A stretch of DNA of 64,000 nucleotides from Escherichia coli (GCF_041886205.1 NZ_CP169029.1), one strand, 5' to 3'. Shown: positions 35,884 to 48,391, counted from the stretch's first letter. Program-made: numbers and translations. The notes: generated by a model from the letters alone, not told the origin.

Positions 35884-36940
35884 GGCTTTGTTGAATAAAT
35901 CGAACTTTTGCTGAGTTGAAGGATCAGATCACGTATCTTCCCGACAACGCAGACCGTTCCGTGGCAAAGCAAAAGTTCAAAATCACCAACTGGCCCACCT
36001 ACAATAAAGCCCTCATCAACCGTGGCTCCATAACTTTCTGGCTGGATGATGAAGCTATTCAGGCCTGGTATGAGTCAGCAACACCTTCTTCACGAGGCAG
36101 ACCTCAGCGCTATTCTGACCTTGCCATCACGACTGTGCTGGTCATTAAACGCGTATTCAGGCTGACCCTGCGCGCTGCGCAGGGCTTTATTGATTCCATT
36201 TTTTCTCTGATGAACGTTCCGCTACGCTGCCCGGATTACAGCTGTGTCAGCAGGCGGGCAAAGTCGGTTAATGTCAGTTTCAAAACGCCCACCCGGGGTG
36301 AAATCGCACACCTGGTAATTGATTCCACCGGGCTGAAGGTCTTCGGTGAAGGCGAGTGGAAAGTCAAAAAGCATGGCCAGGAACGCCGCCGTATCTGGCG
36401 TAAGCTGCATCTCGCCGTTGACAGTAAAACACATGAAATCATCTGCGCTGACCTGTCGCTGAACAACGTTACGGACTCAGAGGCCTTCCCCGGGTTAATC
36501 CGGCAAACCCACCGGAAAATCAGGTCAGCCGCCGCCGATGGCGCTTACGATACCCGGCTATGTCACGATGAACTGCGGCGTAAGAAAATCAGCGCGCTTA
36601 TCCCTCCCCGAAAAGGTGCGGGTTACTGGCCCGGTGAATATGCAGACCGTAACCGTGCAGTGGCTAATCAGCGAATGACCGGGAGTAATGCGCGGTGGAA
36701 ATGGACAACAGATTACAACCGTCGCTCGATAGCGGAAACGGCGATGTACCGGGTAAAACAGCTGTTCGGGGGTTCACTGACGCTGCGTGACTACGATGGT
36801 CAGGTTGCAGAGGCTATGGCCCTGGTACGAGCGCTGAACAAAATGACGAAAGCAGGTATGCCTGAAAGCGTGCGTATTGCCTGAAAACACAACCCGCTAC
36901 GGGGGAGACTTACCCGAAATCTGATTTATTCAACAAAGCC
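35884..36940 (+). mobile_element. IS903-like (IS5-family) insertion sequence, 1,057 bp, 18-bp terminal inverted repeats GGCTTTGTTGAATAAATC, 9-bp target duplication TTTTACAGG (35875-35883 and 36941-36949)
   Basis: IRs and duplication read directly; the left-end sequence matches the IS903 end as I remember it from Tn903-derived vectors. Confidence 0.85.
35961..36884 (+). CDS. IS903-type DDE transposase (about 307 aa from GTG 35961; the open frame starts at TTG 35916)
   Basis: IS4/IS5-family Y-2-R-3-E-6-K signature (YNRRSIAETAMYRVK) and DGAYD motif present; exact start uncertain. Confidence 0.8.
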   Translation: MAKQKFKITNWPTYNKALINRGSITFWLDDEAIQAWYESATPSSRGRPQRYSDLAITTVLVIKRVFRLTLRAAQGFIDSIFSLMNVPLRCPDYSCVSRRAKSVNVSFKTPTRGEIAHLVIDSTGLKVFGEGEWKVKKHGQERRRIWRKLHLAVDSKTHEIICADLSLNNVTDSEAFPGLIRQTHRKIRSAAADGAYDTRLCHDELRRKKISALIPPRKGAGYWPGEYADRNRAVANQRMTGSNARWKWTTDYNRRSIAETAMYRVKQLFGGSLTLRDYDGQVAEAMALVRALNKMTKAGMPESVRIA

Positions 36941-38043
36941 TTTTACAGGCCGTATTCGACAAAGGCACATCAAAATTTCAGCTAACTTATGATGACAGAG
37001 CGCTACAATTTTTTCGTACTTTTGTCCTTGCAACCGAACAATCAACCTATTTCGAGATCCCTGCCGAAGATTCCTGGCTTTTTATCGCTGACGGATCTGA
37101 TAAAGAACTTGATTTCTATACCCTTTCACCAAATATAAACGACCGCTTTGCCTTTCATCCAATTGTCGATCCCTTATCGCGGCGGATAATCGCTTTTGAA
37201 GCCATTGTGCAAAAAAATGAAGATAGCCCATCAGCTATAGCGGTTGGGCAGCGTAAAGACGGGGAAATCTACAAAGCGGATCTCAAAAGTAAGGCGCTTG
37301 CATTCGCGATGGCACACGCACTTGAGCTCGGTGATAAAATGATTTCAATCAATCTATTACCTATGACCCTGGTTAACGAACCTGACGCAGTCTCTTTTTT
37401 ACTTAATGAAATAAAGGCCAATGCTCTGGTGCCTGAACAAATCATCGTTGAATTTACTGAAAGTGAAGTCATATCTCGGTTTGATGAGTTTGCCGAAGCG
37501 ATTAAATCGCTAAAGGCTGCTGGTATCAGTGTAGCAATTGATCATTTTGGCGCAGGTTTTGCTGGTTTGTTACTCCTGTCACGCTTCCAGCCTGACAGAA
37601 TTAAAATCAGTCAGGAATTGATTACCAATGTTCATAAAAGTGGGCCACGGCAGGCAATTATTCAGGCGATCATAAAATGCTGTACATCACTTGAAATTCA
37701 AGTCAGTGCTATGGGCGTGGCAACACCAGAAGAGTGGATGTGGCTTGAATCCGCAGGAATTGAGATGTTTCAGGGGGATCTGTTTGCTAAAGCTAAATTG
37801 AATGGTATCCCTTCCATAGCGTGGCCGGAGAAAAAATAATTTTCAGCACATTCTTTCACATGATTTCAGTAAATCATCGTGAAAATGAATACGTTATGTT
37901 TAAATTTAATCCACATTAAAAATAATGTTTCATCCAAATTAGCTGAAATCTTATTTATACTTTGTACAATTTTAGCGTATATTGTACAAAGTATTATTGG
38001 GTCGTGTACAGGCGACGGAGATTTATGACCGCAAGGAGGAATT

Positions 38044-38775
38044 GTGGCTTATTACAGCATTGGTGATGTTGCTGAACGTTGCGGGATTAATCCTGTCACT
38101 CTCCGGGCCTGGCAACGCCGCTACGGTTTGTTAAAACCACAGCGCAGTGAAGGCGGACACCGACTCTTTGATGAAGAAGACATACAACGTATCGAAGAGA
38201 TCAAGCGTTGGATAAGTAATGGCGTCCCTGTAGGCAAAGTTAAAGCATTACTGGAAACCACCAGCCAGGATACGGAAGATGACTGGAGCCGCCTGCAAGA
38301 AGAGATGATGTCAATTCTTCGTATGGCTAATCCTGCCAAACTACGCGCAAGAATTATTTCACTGGGTCGAGAGTACCCAGTAGATCAATTGATTAATCAT
38401 GTTTACCTTCCTGTTCGCCAGCGTCTCGTGCTTGATCACAACACCTCCCGCATTATGAGCAGTATGTTTGACGGCGCATTAATTGAATATGCAGCAGCCT
38501 CGCTTTTCGAAATGCGCCGTAAGCCCGGTAAAGAAGCCATTCTGATGGCGTGGAATGTTGAAGAGAGAGCACGATTGTGGCTGGAAGCATGGCGTTTATC
38601 ATTGTCAGGATGGCACATTTCTGTTCTTGCTGATCCCATTGAATCGCCGCGCCCGGAACTGTTCCCGACGCAAACATTGATTGTCTGGACAGGCATGGCA
38701 CCAACAAGAAGGCAAAACGAACTTTTACAACATTGGGGTGAGCAAGGTTATAAAGTCATCTTTCATGCCCCCTAA
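38044..38775 (+). CDS. bluR: MerR-family repressor BluR (YcgE), 243 aa, GTG start
   Basis: Translation recognised ([32 protein letters not shown]...). Confidence 0.9.
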   Translation: MAYYSIGDVAERCGINPVTLRAWQRRYGLLKPQRSEGGHRLFDEEDIQRIEEIKRWISNGVPVGKVKALLETTSQDTEDDWSRLQEEMMSILRMANPAKLRARIISLGREYPVDQLINHVYLPVRQRLVLDHNTSRIMSSMFDGALIEYAAASLFEMRRKPGKEAILMAWNVEERARLWLEAWRLSLSGWHISVLADPIESPRPELFPTQTLIVWTGMAPTRRQNELLQHWGEQGYKVIFHAP

Positions 38776-38994
38776 TTTCACCTTTATCCCGCCCCTTAGA
38801 CAGAATGTTATAATCTGAACCCACAACAGCGTTTGTACCGGAGCTGGTCCGTTGCAAAATGCTCACCGGACAATTCAGGTAATCCCCCTTTCACACTTTG
38901 TACATATCACAGCCAAAGGACAGACCAGATTGAAGTGGTAAAACCGATCGTGCACACTACGCAGTCTCACAACTAACAAGAGGTTATTATCCTG

Positions 38995-39399
38995 ATGGAT
39001 CAGGTCGTTGTTTTTCAAAAGATGTTTGAGCAAGTGAGAAAAGAGCAAAACTTCTCCTGGTTTTATTCAGAATTAAAACATCACCGTATTGCACATTACA
39101 TTTATTATCTGGCTACGGATAACATCAGAATTATTACTCACGATGACACGGTTTTGTTATTAAGAGGAACCAGAAACCTGTTAAAAGTTAGTACGACCAA
39201 GAACCCTGCTAAAATAAAAGAGGCCGCATTGCTTCATATTTGCGGAAAATCTACATTTCGGGAATACTGCTCAACACTGGCAGGCGCGGGCGTTTTCCGT
39301 TGGGTTACTGATGTTAATCATAACAAACGCAGTTACTACGCCATTGATAATACGCTTTTATATATTGAAGATGTAGAAAATAATAAACCATTAATCTAG
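38995..39399 (+). CDS. ycgX: DUF1398-family protein YcgX, 134 aa
   Basis: Synteny and translation. Confidence 0.8.
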   Translation: MDQVVVFQKMFEQVRKEQNFSWFYSELKHHRIAHYIYYLATDNIRIITHDDTVLLLRGTRNLLKVSTTKNPAKIKEAALLHICGKSTFREYCSTLAGAGVFRWVTDVNHNKRSYYAIDNTLLYIEDVENNKPLI

Positions 39400-40024
39400 C
39401 TAAAGTTGGATGCTTAAGAAATGCTTCATAATTCAGTAAGGCATTAGCATAATGGGAATAAAAGTGCAGAGACCATTCCTATGGTTCTAATACTGCCTTT
39501 TTATTGCCGCCCATAGATGTTCAGTACACCAATACTATAAAATTGATATTGAAATGTACTCCCTTGCTTATTGATACATTATTTTATACGGTTAGTTTGC
39601 TTTTAAAAACAACGGGCGTGCTATACGCCTGTTTCATGGCTTAACCCATATTAATTTTGCTTTATTTTTCATCGCGTTATAAGTTTTTAACCAGCAACGA
39701 GTTATCCTTTACTATAAAGTTCAATAGTTGAGACCTTACCCTCATGTCATGCGTATATTCATTATAATGCTCCTTAGACAAAAAAAGCCAACCATGATGG
39801 TTGGCAAAGTGGCACAAAGTAGCATAAAGGCTATGCTTTAATTACAGAAGGTTCAGTCATTTAAATGTATATCGTTTTATCTAAACAGAACTAAAACGAA
39901 GTGAATGATTTCACTTTTCCACTAAATCTCATTTTGTTTAATCTCTGTTGAGATTCCTTGCTTTAAATTTTGTTTTATAAAACAGTAGCTTTATTTTTTA
40001 ATTGATTTTTAGGTAATATAAAAA

Positions 40025-40279
40025 ATGCAAAATCAAGAAATGAATATCCAAATTAAACTATACGCTTATTTAAATAAATATGACACTCGCCTTACAGAAG
40101 AAAAAATTGCGATTGATAAAGCTATTAGAGAATTACATTTTAGCAGCGAGCATGTTGATAACAAAAAAATAATACTGAAGTTACTTTCATTTTTATCATA
40201 TACAGATGATGTTGTTGAAAAAGACATTATCAGAAATACATTGGAAGTGGTTCTTCTTTTTACTTCCGATGATATTTAA
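40025..40279 (+). CDS. AriR/YmgB-family small protein, 84 aa (paralog of ariR)
   Basis: C-terminal half aligns by eye with AriR (NKKIILKLLSFLSYTDDVVEKDIIRNTLEVVLLFTSDDI versus [39 protein letters not shown]); AT-rich surroundings. Confidence 0.6.
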   Translation: MQNQEMNIQIKLYAYLNKYDTRLTEEKIAIDKAIRELHFSSEHVDNKKIILKLLSFLSYTDDVVEKDIIRNTLEVVLLFTSDDI

Positions 40280-40522
40280 TTGGATTCACTAACTTTATTA
40301 TCAAAATTATTGTCCGAACACTACCTTTCTTACTTATGTTTAATAATAATCACTGCGAATGAGGGGCGCACAACTATATTTTTCTCACACCTGTGATGTA
40401 AAAACACGAGAAAATCCAAATAAAGAACAACATTTGCAATTCCCACCAGATGGATTGCATCACACTTTATTATTCAAAATATTTATCAGCATCATTAAAA
40501 GCCGAAGGATAAGACAAAACAA

Positions 40523-40846
40523 ATGAAGTGGATAGTAATTGACACGGTAATTCAACCTACATGTGGTATATCTTTTTCAGCCATATGGGGTGATATGAAA
40601 ATGATCATCTGGTATCAATCTACTATATTTCTCCCTCCTGGTAGTATATTTAAACCGGTTAAATCTGGTATTATCCTTAAAGATAAAGAATATCCTATTA
40701 CTATTTATAACATCGCACCATTCAACAAGGATTTATGGAGTCTACTCAAAAGCAATCAAGAGTGTCCTCCAGGAGAAAGCAAAATAACAAATAAATGTTT
40801 GCATAATAGTTGCATTATAAAAATATGCCCATATGGGCTCAAGTAA
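40523..40846 (+). CDS. iraM: Anti-adaptor protein IraM (stabilises RpoS under Mg starvation), 107 aa
   Basis: Translation recognised ([23 protein letters not shown]...). Confidence 0.85.
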   Translation: MKWIVIDTVIQPTCGISFSAIWGDMKMIIWYQSTIFLPPGSIFKPVKSGIILKDKEYPITIYNIAPFNKDLWSLLKSNQECPPGESKITNKCLHNSCIIKICPYGLK

Positions 40847-40897
40847 AGGGTTTAATATAAATATGCTCGATATGCTATTAATAATACCTACATAAAT

Positions 40898-40925
40898 AAA
40901 ACAACGGGCGTGTTATACGCCCGTT
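40898..40925. terminator. Hairpin (AACGGGCGT-GTTAT-ACGCCCGTT) between convergent iraM and icd; a near-identical copy lies at 39605-39633
   Basis: Perfect 9-bp stem read directly; A-rich upstream, weak T-tract. Confidence 0.45.
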
Positions 40926-40948
40926 GCAATATTAAACACATGTAGTGA

Positions 40949-42199
40949 TTACATGTTCTTGATGATCGCATCACCAAATTCTGAACATTTCAGCAGTTTA
41001 GCGCCTTCCATCAGACGTTCGAAGTCATAGGTTACGGTCTTGGCGTTGATTGCGCCTTCCATACCTTTAACAATCAGGTCTGCGGCTTCAATCCAGCCCA
41101 TGTGGCGCAGCATCATCTCAGCAGAGAGGATGATAGAGCCAGGGTTTACTTTGTCCTGACCGGCATATTTCGGCGCAGTACCGTGGGTGGCTTCAAACAG
41201 GGCGCATTCGTCACCGATGTTTGCGCCAGGGGCGATACCAATACCACCAACCTGCGCTGCCAGGGCGTCAGAAATGTAGTCACCGTTCAGGTTCATACAG
41301 GCGATAACATCATATTCAGCCGGACGCAGCAGGATCTGTTGCAGGAACGCATCAGCGATCACGTCTTTAATGACGATCTCTTTGCCGGTATTCGGGTTTT
41401 TAACTTTCAGCCACGGGCCGCCGTCGATCAGTTCTCCGCCAAACTCTTCACGCGCCAGCTGGTAGCCCCAGTCTTTAAACGCGCCTTCGGTGAACTTCAT
41501 GATGTTGCCTTTGTGCACCAGGGTCACAGAGTCACGATCGTTAGCAATTGCGTATTCGATCGCTGCACGAACCAGACGTTTGGTGCCTTCTTCCGAACAC
41601 GGCTTAATACCGATACCGCAATGTTCCGGGAAGCGAATTTTCTTCACGCCCATCTCTTCACGCAGGAATTTAATCACTTTCTCGGCGTCGGCAGAGTCAG
41701 CTTTCCATTCGATACCCGCATAAATGTCTTCCGAGTTTTCACGGAAGATAACCATATCGGTCAGTTCAGGGTGTTTAACCGGGCTTGGAGTGCCCTGATA
41801 GTAACGTACCGGACGCAGGCAGATGTAGAGATCCAGTTCCTGACGCAGGGCAACGTTGAGAGAACGAATACCGCCACCAACCGGAGTGGTCAGCGGGCCT
41901 TTAATGGCAACGCGATATTCACGAATCAGATCAAGGGTTTCAGCAGGCAGCCAGACATCCTGACCATAAACCTGTGTGGATTTTTCACCGGTGTAAATTT
42001 CCATCCAGGAGATTTTACGCTCGCCTTTATAGGCTTTCTCGACTGCAGCGTCGACCACTTTCAGCATGGCTGGGGTTACATCTACACCGATTCCATCACC
42101 TTCAATGTAAGGGATAATCGGATTTTCAGGAACGTTGAGTTTGCCGTTTTGCAGGGTGATCTTCTTGCCTTGTGCCGGAACAACTACTTTACTTTCCAT
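40949..42199 (-). CDS. icd: NADP-dependent isocitrate dehydrogenase, 416 aa, full length
   Basis: Translation recognised throughout ([38 protein letters not shown]...). Confidence 0.97.
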   Translation of the reverse strand: MESKVVVPAQGKKITLQNGKLNVPENPIIPYIEGDGIGVDVTPAMLKVVDAAVEKAYKGERKISWMEIYTGEKSTQVYGQDVWLPAETLDLIREYRVAIKGPLTTPVGGGIRSLNVALRQELDLYICLRPVRYYQGTPSPVKHPELTDMVIFRENSEDIYAGIEWKADSADAEKVIKFLREEMGVKKIRFPEHCGIGIKPCSEEGTKRLVRAAIEYAIANDRDSVTLVHKGNIMKFTEGAFKDWGYQLAREEFGGELIDGGPWLKVKNPNTGKEIVIKDVIADAFLQQILLRPAEYDVIACMNLNGDYISDALAAQVGGIGIAPGANIGDECALFEATHGTAPKYAGQDKVNPGSIILSAEMMLRHMGWIEAADLIVKGMEGAINAKTVTYDFERLMEGAKLLKCSEFGDAIIKNM

Positions 42200-42369
42200 T
42201 CACCTCTCCTTCGAGCGCTACTGGTTTGCTCGTCTGCCACCACGTTGCATATGCGTTTGCGTCCTGCGATACGGATGCTTTAGAGCAATTTTTGTTAATG
42301 ATTTGTAATTGGCTTGTCAATACTACCCTATTGTTTGCCGTCATGAAAGATGCGCGTTATTAGGCTATA

Positions 42370-42420
42370 ATGCGGCAATTCATAATCTGTGAAAATACCA
42401 TGCAAAAAACTTCTTTTAGA
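42370..42420 (+). pseudogene. rluE: Displaced 5' end of rluE (first 17 codons, MRQFIICENTMQKTSFR) separated from the rest of the gene by a 1.5-kb insertion
   Basis: In-frame continuity with the downstream rluE body across an 11-bp direct repeat; -10-like TATAAT at 42366-42371. Confidence 0.5.
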
Positions 42421-42659
42421 CCAAAGACAGTATTTTTCAGACCTTCAAATAAGGTATTAAATATCAATAATTTACACCAGATTTTAAGCAATAAAAAAAA
42501 CCACCAGAGATAACTAACAGGGTGCTATTTGGTCAAAATTTGACATTACTCGATTCAGCGACTAACTCACTTTGAGCACTATTGGGAAAATTATCAAAAG
42601 TCATGGTTGAAGCGACAAGCAACGAGTAAATTATGGCATCCACCCTTTTTGAGGTTCAC

Positions 42660-42752
42660 ATGAAACGCTTTGCACTGATAGCTGTGACACTCGTTGCCTT
42701 TACTGGTTCTAGTTCTGCATCTGCTGCAACCGAAGAAATCAACTTCAAGTAA
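42660..42752 (+). CDS. Micro-ORF, 30 aa, signal-peptide-like (MKRFALIAVTLVAFTGSSSASAATEEINFK); possibly a decayed N-terminus
   Basis: SD GAGG 5 nt upstream; same frame as the next gene but separated by two stop codons. Confidence 0.25.
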   Translation: MKRFALIAVTLVAFTGSSSASAATEEINFK

Positions 42753-42785
42753 CAGAAACACTATATAACAATGAAGTGTTGAAAA

Positions 42786-43235
42786 ATGGATACTACCGAA
42801 GAACGCAATGGAACATATTTCTACAGAGGACACCCGAACCTGTCCAAAATAGAACTACTCAACGTCATATTCCTTGAAGAATTCTGTAAGGAATTGGGGA
42901 TTGATTCGGTATCAGGTGCAGCAATCTTATCTGGTCAACCTTGGCTGGGTACAAGAGCGAAGCCGCAAGGGGCAACCCTGGGAACAAGTGTTGTCTCAAA
43001 GTATGCGCGTATACTGATGAGAGATGCACGCATGCCTTTTGGTATTTCTGTTCATACACCAGTGGGGGTAAGGATGCAGAAATCTAATAAGCTTGCTGCA
43101 ATTATCGCTCGTTGGGTCCCGTGGATTGGTTGGGCTTCACTGTCGATGAGTCTTTACAGGGTTTCGACTCGTACCCAGGAAAAATACAATCTGATTGCCA
43201 AACCTCAAGACCGTATTAAGTGGACTTCCTTCTAA
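42786..43235 (+). CDS. Hypothetical protein, 149 aa (gene A of inserted cassette); unrecognised family
   Basis: ORF track; AT-richer than flanking core; stop overlaps start of next gene (TAATG). Confidence 0.6.
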   Translation: MDTTEERNGTYFYRGHPNLSKIELLNVIFLEEFCKELGIDSVSGAAILSGQPWLGTRAKPQGATLGTSVVSKYARILMRDARMPFGISVHTPVGVRMQKSNKLAAIIARWVPWIGWASLSMSLYRVSTRTQEKYNLIAKPQDRIKWTSF

Positions 43236-43570
43236 TGGCGACAACAATCACAGACGAAGTTTTAGCACTGTTCCGTGATGAGATTCCAGGTTATCAGGAT
43301 GACCACGGGAAGGAAATTCCGTTAGAACTGGACTCTGATTTGTTCGACTATCCACGAGATGATATAGAGGACGCTATACGGAAATACAAAGAGAGGTTTG
43401 GGATTAACCTGGATAATCTGGACTGGTCTTTGTACCTTCCGTGGGAGTCTGCACCATTGCTTCAACGATGGTTCAAGCTCAAGCGGGAAGAGGTAGAAAC
43501 AACACGTTTACCGTTAACTGTACGGATGTTTGCAGAATCAGCAGAAGCGGGAAAATGGCTGTATCAGTAG
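43235..43570 (+). CDS. Hypothetical acidic protein, 111 aa (gene B of inserted cassette), translationally coupled to gene A
   Basis: ATG overlaps gene A stop (TAATG); track ORF starts at upstream GTG 43220; hairpin terminator-like sequence immediately downstream (about 43575-43600). Confidence 0.6.
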   Translation: MATTITDEVLALFRDEIPGYQDDHGKEIPLELDSDLFDYPRDDIEDAIRKYKERFGINLDNLDWSLYLPWESAPLLQRWFKLKREEVETTRLPLTVRMFAESAEAGKWLYQ

Positions 43571-43902
43571 AATAAAAAAGAAGGCTGCGATGCCCTTCTT
43601 ATTACTGCTGATGATGGTAGTGGTAAAGCATCATCCTGAACTTGAACAGTGAAGTGCTGTCACCCATCAGTAATACAGAAACACTATTTTTCATACCAGT
43701 ATTTATTCAATTCATCAATGTAAAATGTGTTCATTGGGCCATATTTATCACCATGCAGCCACACAACCGCTGCTCACTAACCCAGGTATTGATGAAACCG
43801 CGCTGAAGAGCCTGAACCCTGAACCTCTAATGAGTACCTTCAAAGTCCAATGCAATCCGACACTGTGCTACCCTCTGCGTATAGCTCTATTTGGAATTTA
43901 CT

Positions 43903-44541
43903 ATGAAATACTTTAGCGATTCTAAATCTTCTTTTAGAAAAAAACAGGTTAGTCGACTAAACTCGCAACACTCCACTAAGCGTAAACCTGAAAACCAGCC
44001 CACGCGGGTGATCCTGTTCAATAAACCCTACGATGTTCTTCCGCAGTTCACCGATGAAGCCGGACGCAAAACATTAAAAGAATTCATCCCGGTTCAGGGC
44101 GTTTATGCAGCAGGTCGTCTTGACCGCGATAGCGAAGGGTTACTGGTGCTGACCAATAACGGCGCGTTGCAGGCGCGTTTAACCCAGCCGGGTAAACGCA
44201 CCGGAAAAATCTATTATGTGCAGGTGGAAGGTATTCCCACACAAGACGCACTTGAAGCCTTGCGCAATGGCGTAACCTTAAATGATGGCCCTACCCTGCC
44301 CGCAGGCGCGGAGCTGGTTGACGAACCCGCGTGGTTATGGCCGCGGAATCCACCAATTCGTGAACGCAAAAGTATTCCCACCAGCTGGCTAAAGATCACC
44401 TTATATGAAGGACGTAATCGCCAGGTGCGCCGCATGACCGCCCATGTTGGTTTCCCCACGCTGCGACTGATTCGCTATGCGATGGGTGATTACTCTTTGG
44501 ATAATCTTGCCAATGGCGAATGGCGAGAAGCGACAGATTAA
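43903..44541 (+). CDS. rluE: 23S rRNA pseudouridine(2457) synthase RluE with a substituted N-terminus (212 aa from ATG 43903; alternative TTG 43891)
   Basis: Body of the protein recognised ([27 protein letters not shown]...[17 protein letters not shown]); N-terminal 13 residues come from insert DNA. Confidence 0.75.
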   Translation: MKYFSDSKSSFRKKQVSRLNSQHSTKRKPENQPTRVILFNKPYDVLPQFTDEAGRKTLKEFIPVQGVYAAGRLDRDSEGLLVLTNNGALQARLTQPGKRTGKIYYVQVEGIPTQDALEALRNGVTLNDGPTLPAGAELVDEPAWLWPRNPPIRERKSIPTSWLKITLYEGRNRQVRRMTAHVGFPTLRLIRYAMGDYSLDNLANGEWREATD

Positions 44542-44550
44542 GGATGCAAA

Positions 44551-46172
<1,622 letters not shown>

Positions 46173-46207
46173 TTATTATCTTTACTTAAAACAAGGAAGC
46201 AGTGAAC

Positions 46208-46849
46208 GTGGCAAAGAATTACTATGACATCACCCTCGCCCTGGCCGGTATTTGTCAGTCGGCACGCCTGGTGCAACAACTCGCTCACCAGGGGCATTGT
46301 GATGCCGATGCGCTACACGTCTCACTTAACAGTATTATTGATATGAACCCCAGCTCGACGCTGGCGGTTTTTGGCGGTAGTGAAGCCAACCTGCGCGTCG
46401 GGCTGGAAACCTTGCTCGGCGTGCTCAATGCCAGCAGTCGCCAGGGCTTAAACGCCGAATTAACCCGCTACACACTCAGTCTGATGGTGCTTGAGCGCAA
46501 ACTCTCCTCAGCGAAAGGTGCGCTCGACACTCTGGGCAACCGGATCAACGGCCTGCAACGCCAGCTCGAACACTTCGATTTACAGTCCGAAACGCTGATG
46601 AGCGCGATGGCTGCTATCTATGTTGATGTGATTAGCCCGCTTGGCCCGCGCATTCAGGTCACCGGTTCCCCTGCTGTACTGCAAAGCCCACAAGTGCAGG
46701 CGAAAGTTCGCGCAACCCTGCTGGCAGGCATTCGCGCCGCCGTGCTCTGGCACCAGGTCGGCGGCGGACGTCTGCAACTGATGTTTTCTCGTAATCGCCT
46801 GACCACTCAGGCAAAACAAATTCTTGCTCATTTAACCCCGGAGTTGTGA
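46208..46849 (+). CDS. hflD: High-frequency lysogenisation protein HflD, 213 aa, GTG start
   Basis: Translation recognised ([23 protein letters not shown]...). Confidence 0.9.
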   Translation: MAKNYYDITLALAGICQSARLVQQLAHQGHCDADALHVSLNSIIDMNPSSTLAVFGGSEANLRVGLETLLGVLNASSRQGLNAELTRYTLSLMVLERKLSSAKGALDTLGNRINGLQRQLEHFDLQSETLMSAMAAIYVDVISPLGPRIQVTGSPAVLQSPQVQAKVRATLLAGIRAAVLWHQVGGGRLQLMFSRNRLTTQAKQILAHLTPEL

Positions 46850-48223
<1,374 letters not shown>

Positions 48224-48314
48224 ACCTCGTATCAGTGCCGGATGGCGATGCTGTCCGGCCTGCTTATTAAGATTATCCGCTTTTTATTTTTTCACTTTAC
48301 CTCCCCTCCCCGCT

Positions 48315-48331
48315 GGTTTATTTAATGTTTA
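48315..48331 (+). promoter_or_regulatory. PhoP box (direct repeat GGTTTA-N5-TGTTTA) upstream of phoPQ
   Basis: Matches the (T/G)GTTTA-N5-(T/G)GTTTA consensus about 60 bp upstream of the phoP start; phoPQ is autoregulated. Confidence 0.6.
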
Positions 48332-48391
48332 CCCCCATAACCACATAATCGCGTTACACTATTTTAATAATTAAGACAGGGAGAAATAAAA

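Larger units (their letters stand above)
35562..37839 (+). pseudogene. bluF: Blue-light sensor BluF (YcgF; BLUF plus degenerate EAL) interrupted by an IS903-like element between the two domains; 403 codons once the IS and one duplication copy are removed
   Basis: BLUF domain ORF (MLTTLIYRSHIRDDEPVKKIEEMVS...) ends 3 codons into the IS; the EAL-like remainder continues in frame right after the second copy of the 9-bp duplication. Confidence 0.85.

Noticed and set aside
41102-42283. 393-aa plus-strand ORF
   Set aside because: Entirely antisense to icd, which is recognised residue by residue; long antisense ORFs are common in GC-biased conserved genes.
42594-42833. 79-aa minus-strand ORF in the rluE cassette
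   Set aside because: Overlaps the signal-peptide micro-ORF and the start of gene A on the other strand; Cys-rich, no SD.
42786-43235. Assigning gene A to a named toxin family (Tlde1-like L,D-transpeptidase, colicin nuclease, GNAT toxin)
   Set aside because: None of the diagnostic motifs I know (e.g. the HxxxxGC(I/V)R of L,D-transpeptidases) are present; naming a family would be invention, so it stays unknown.
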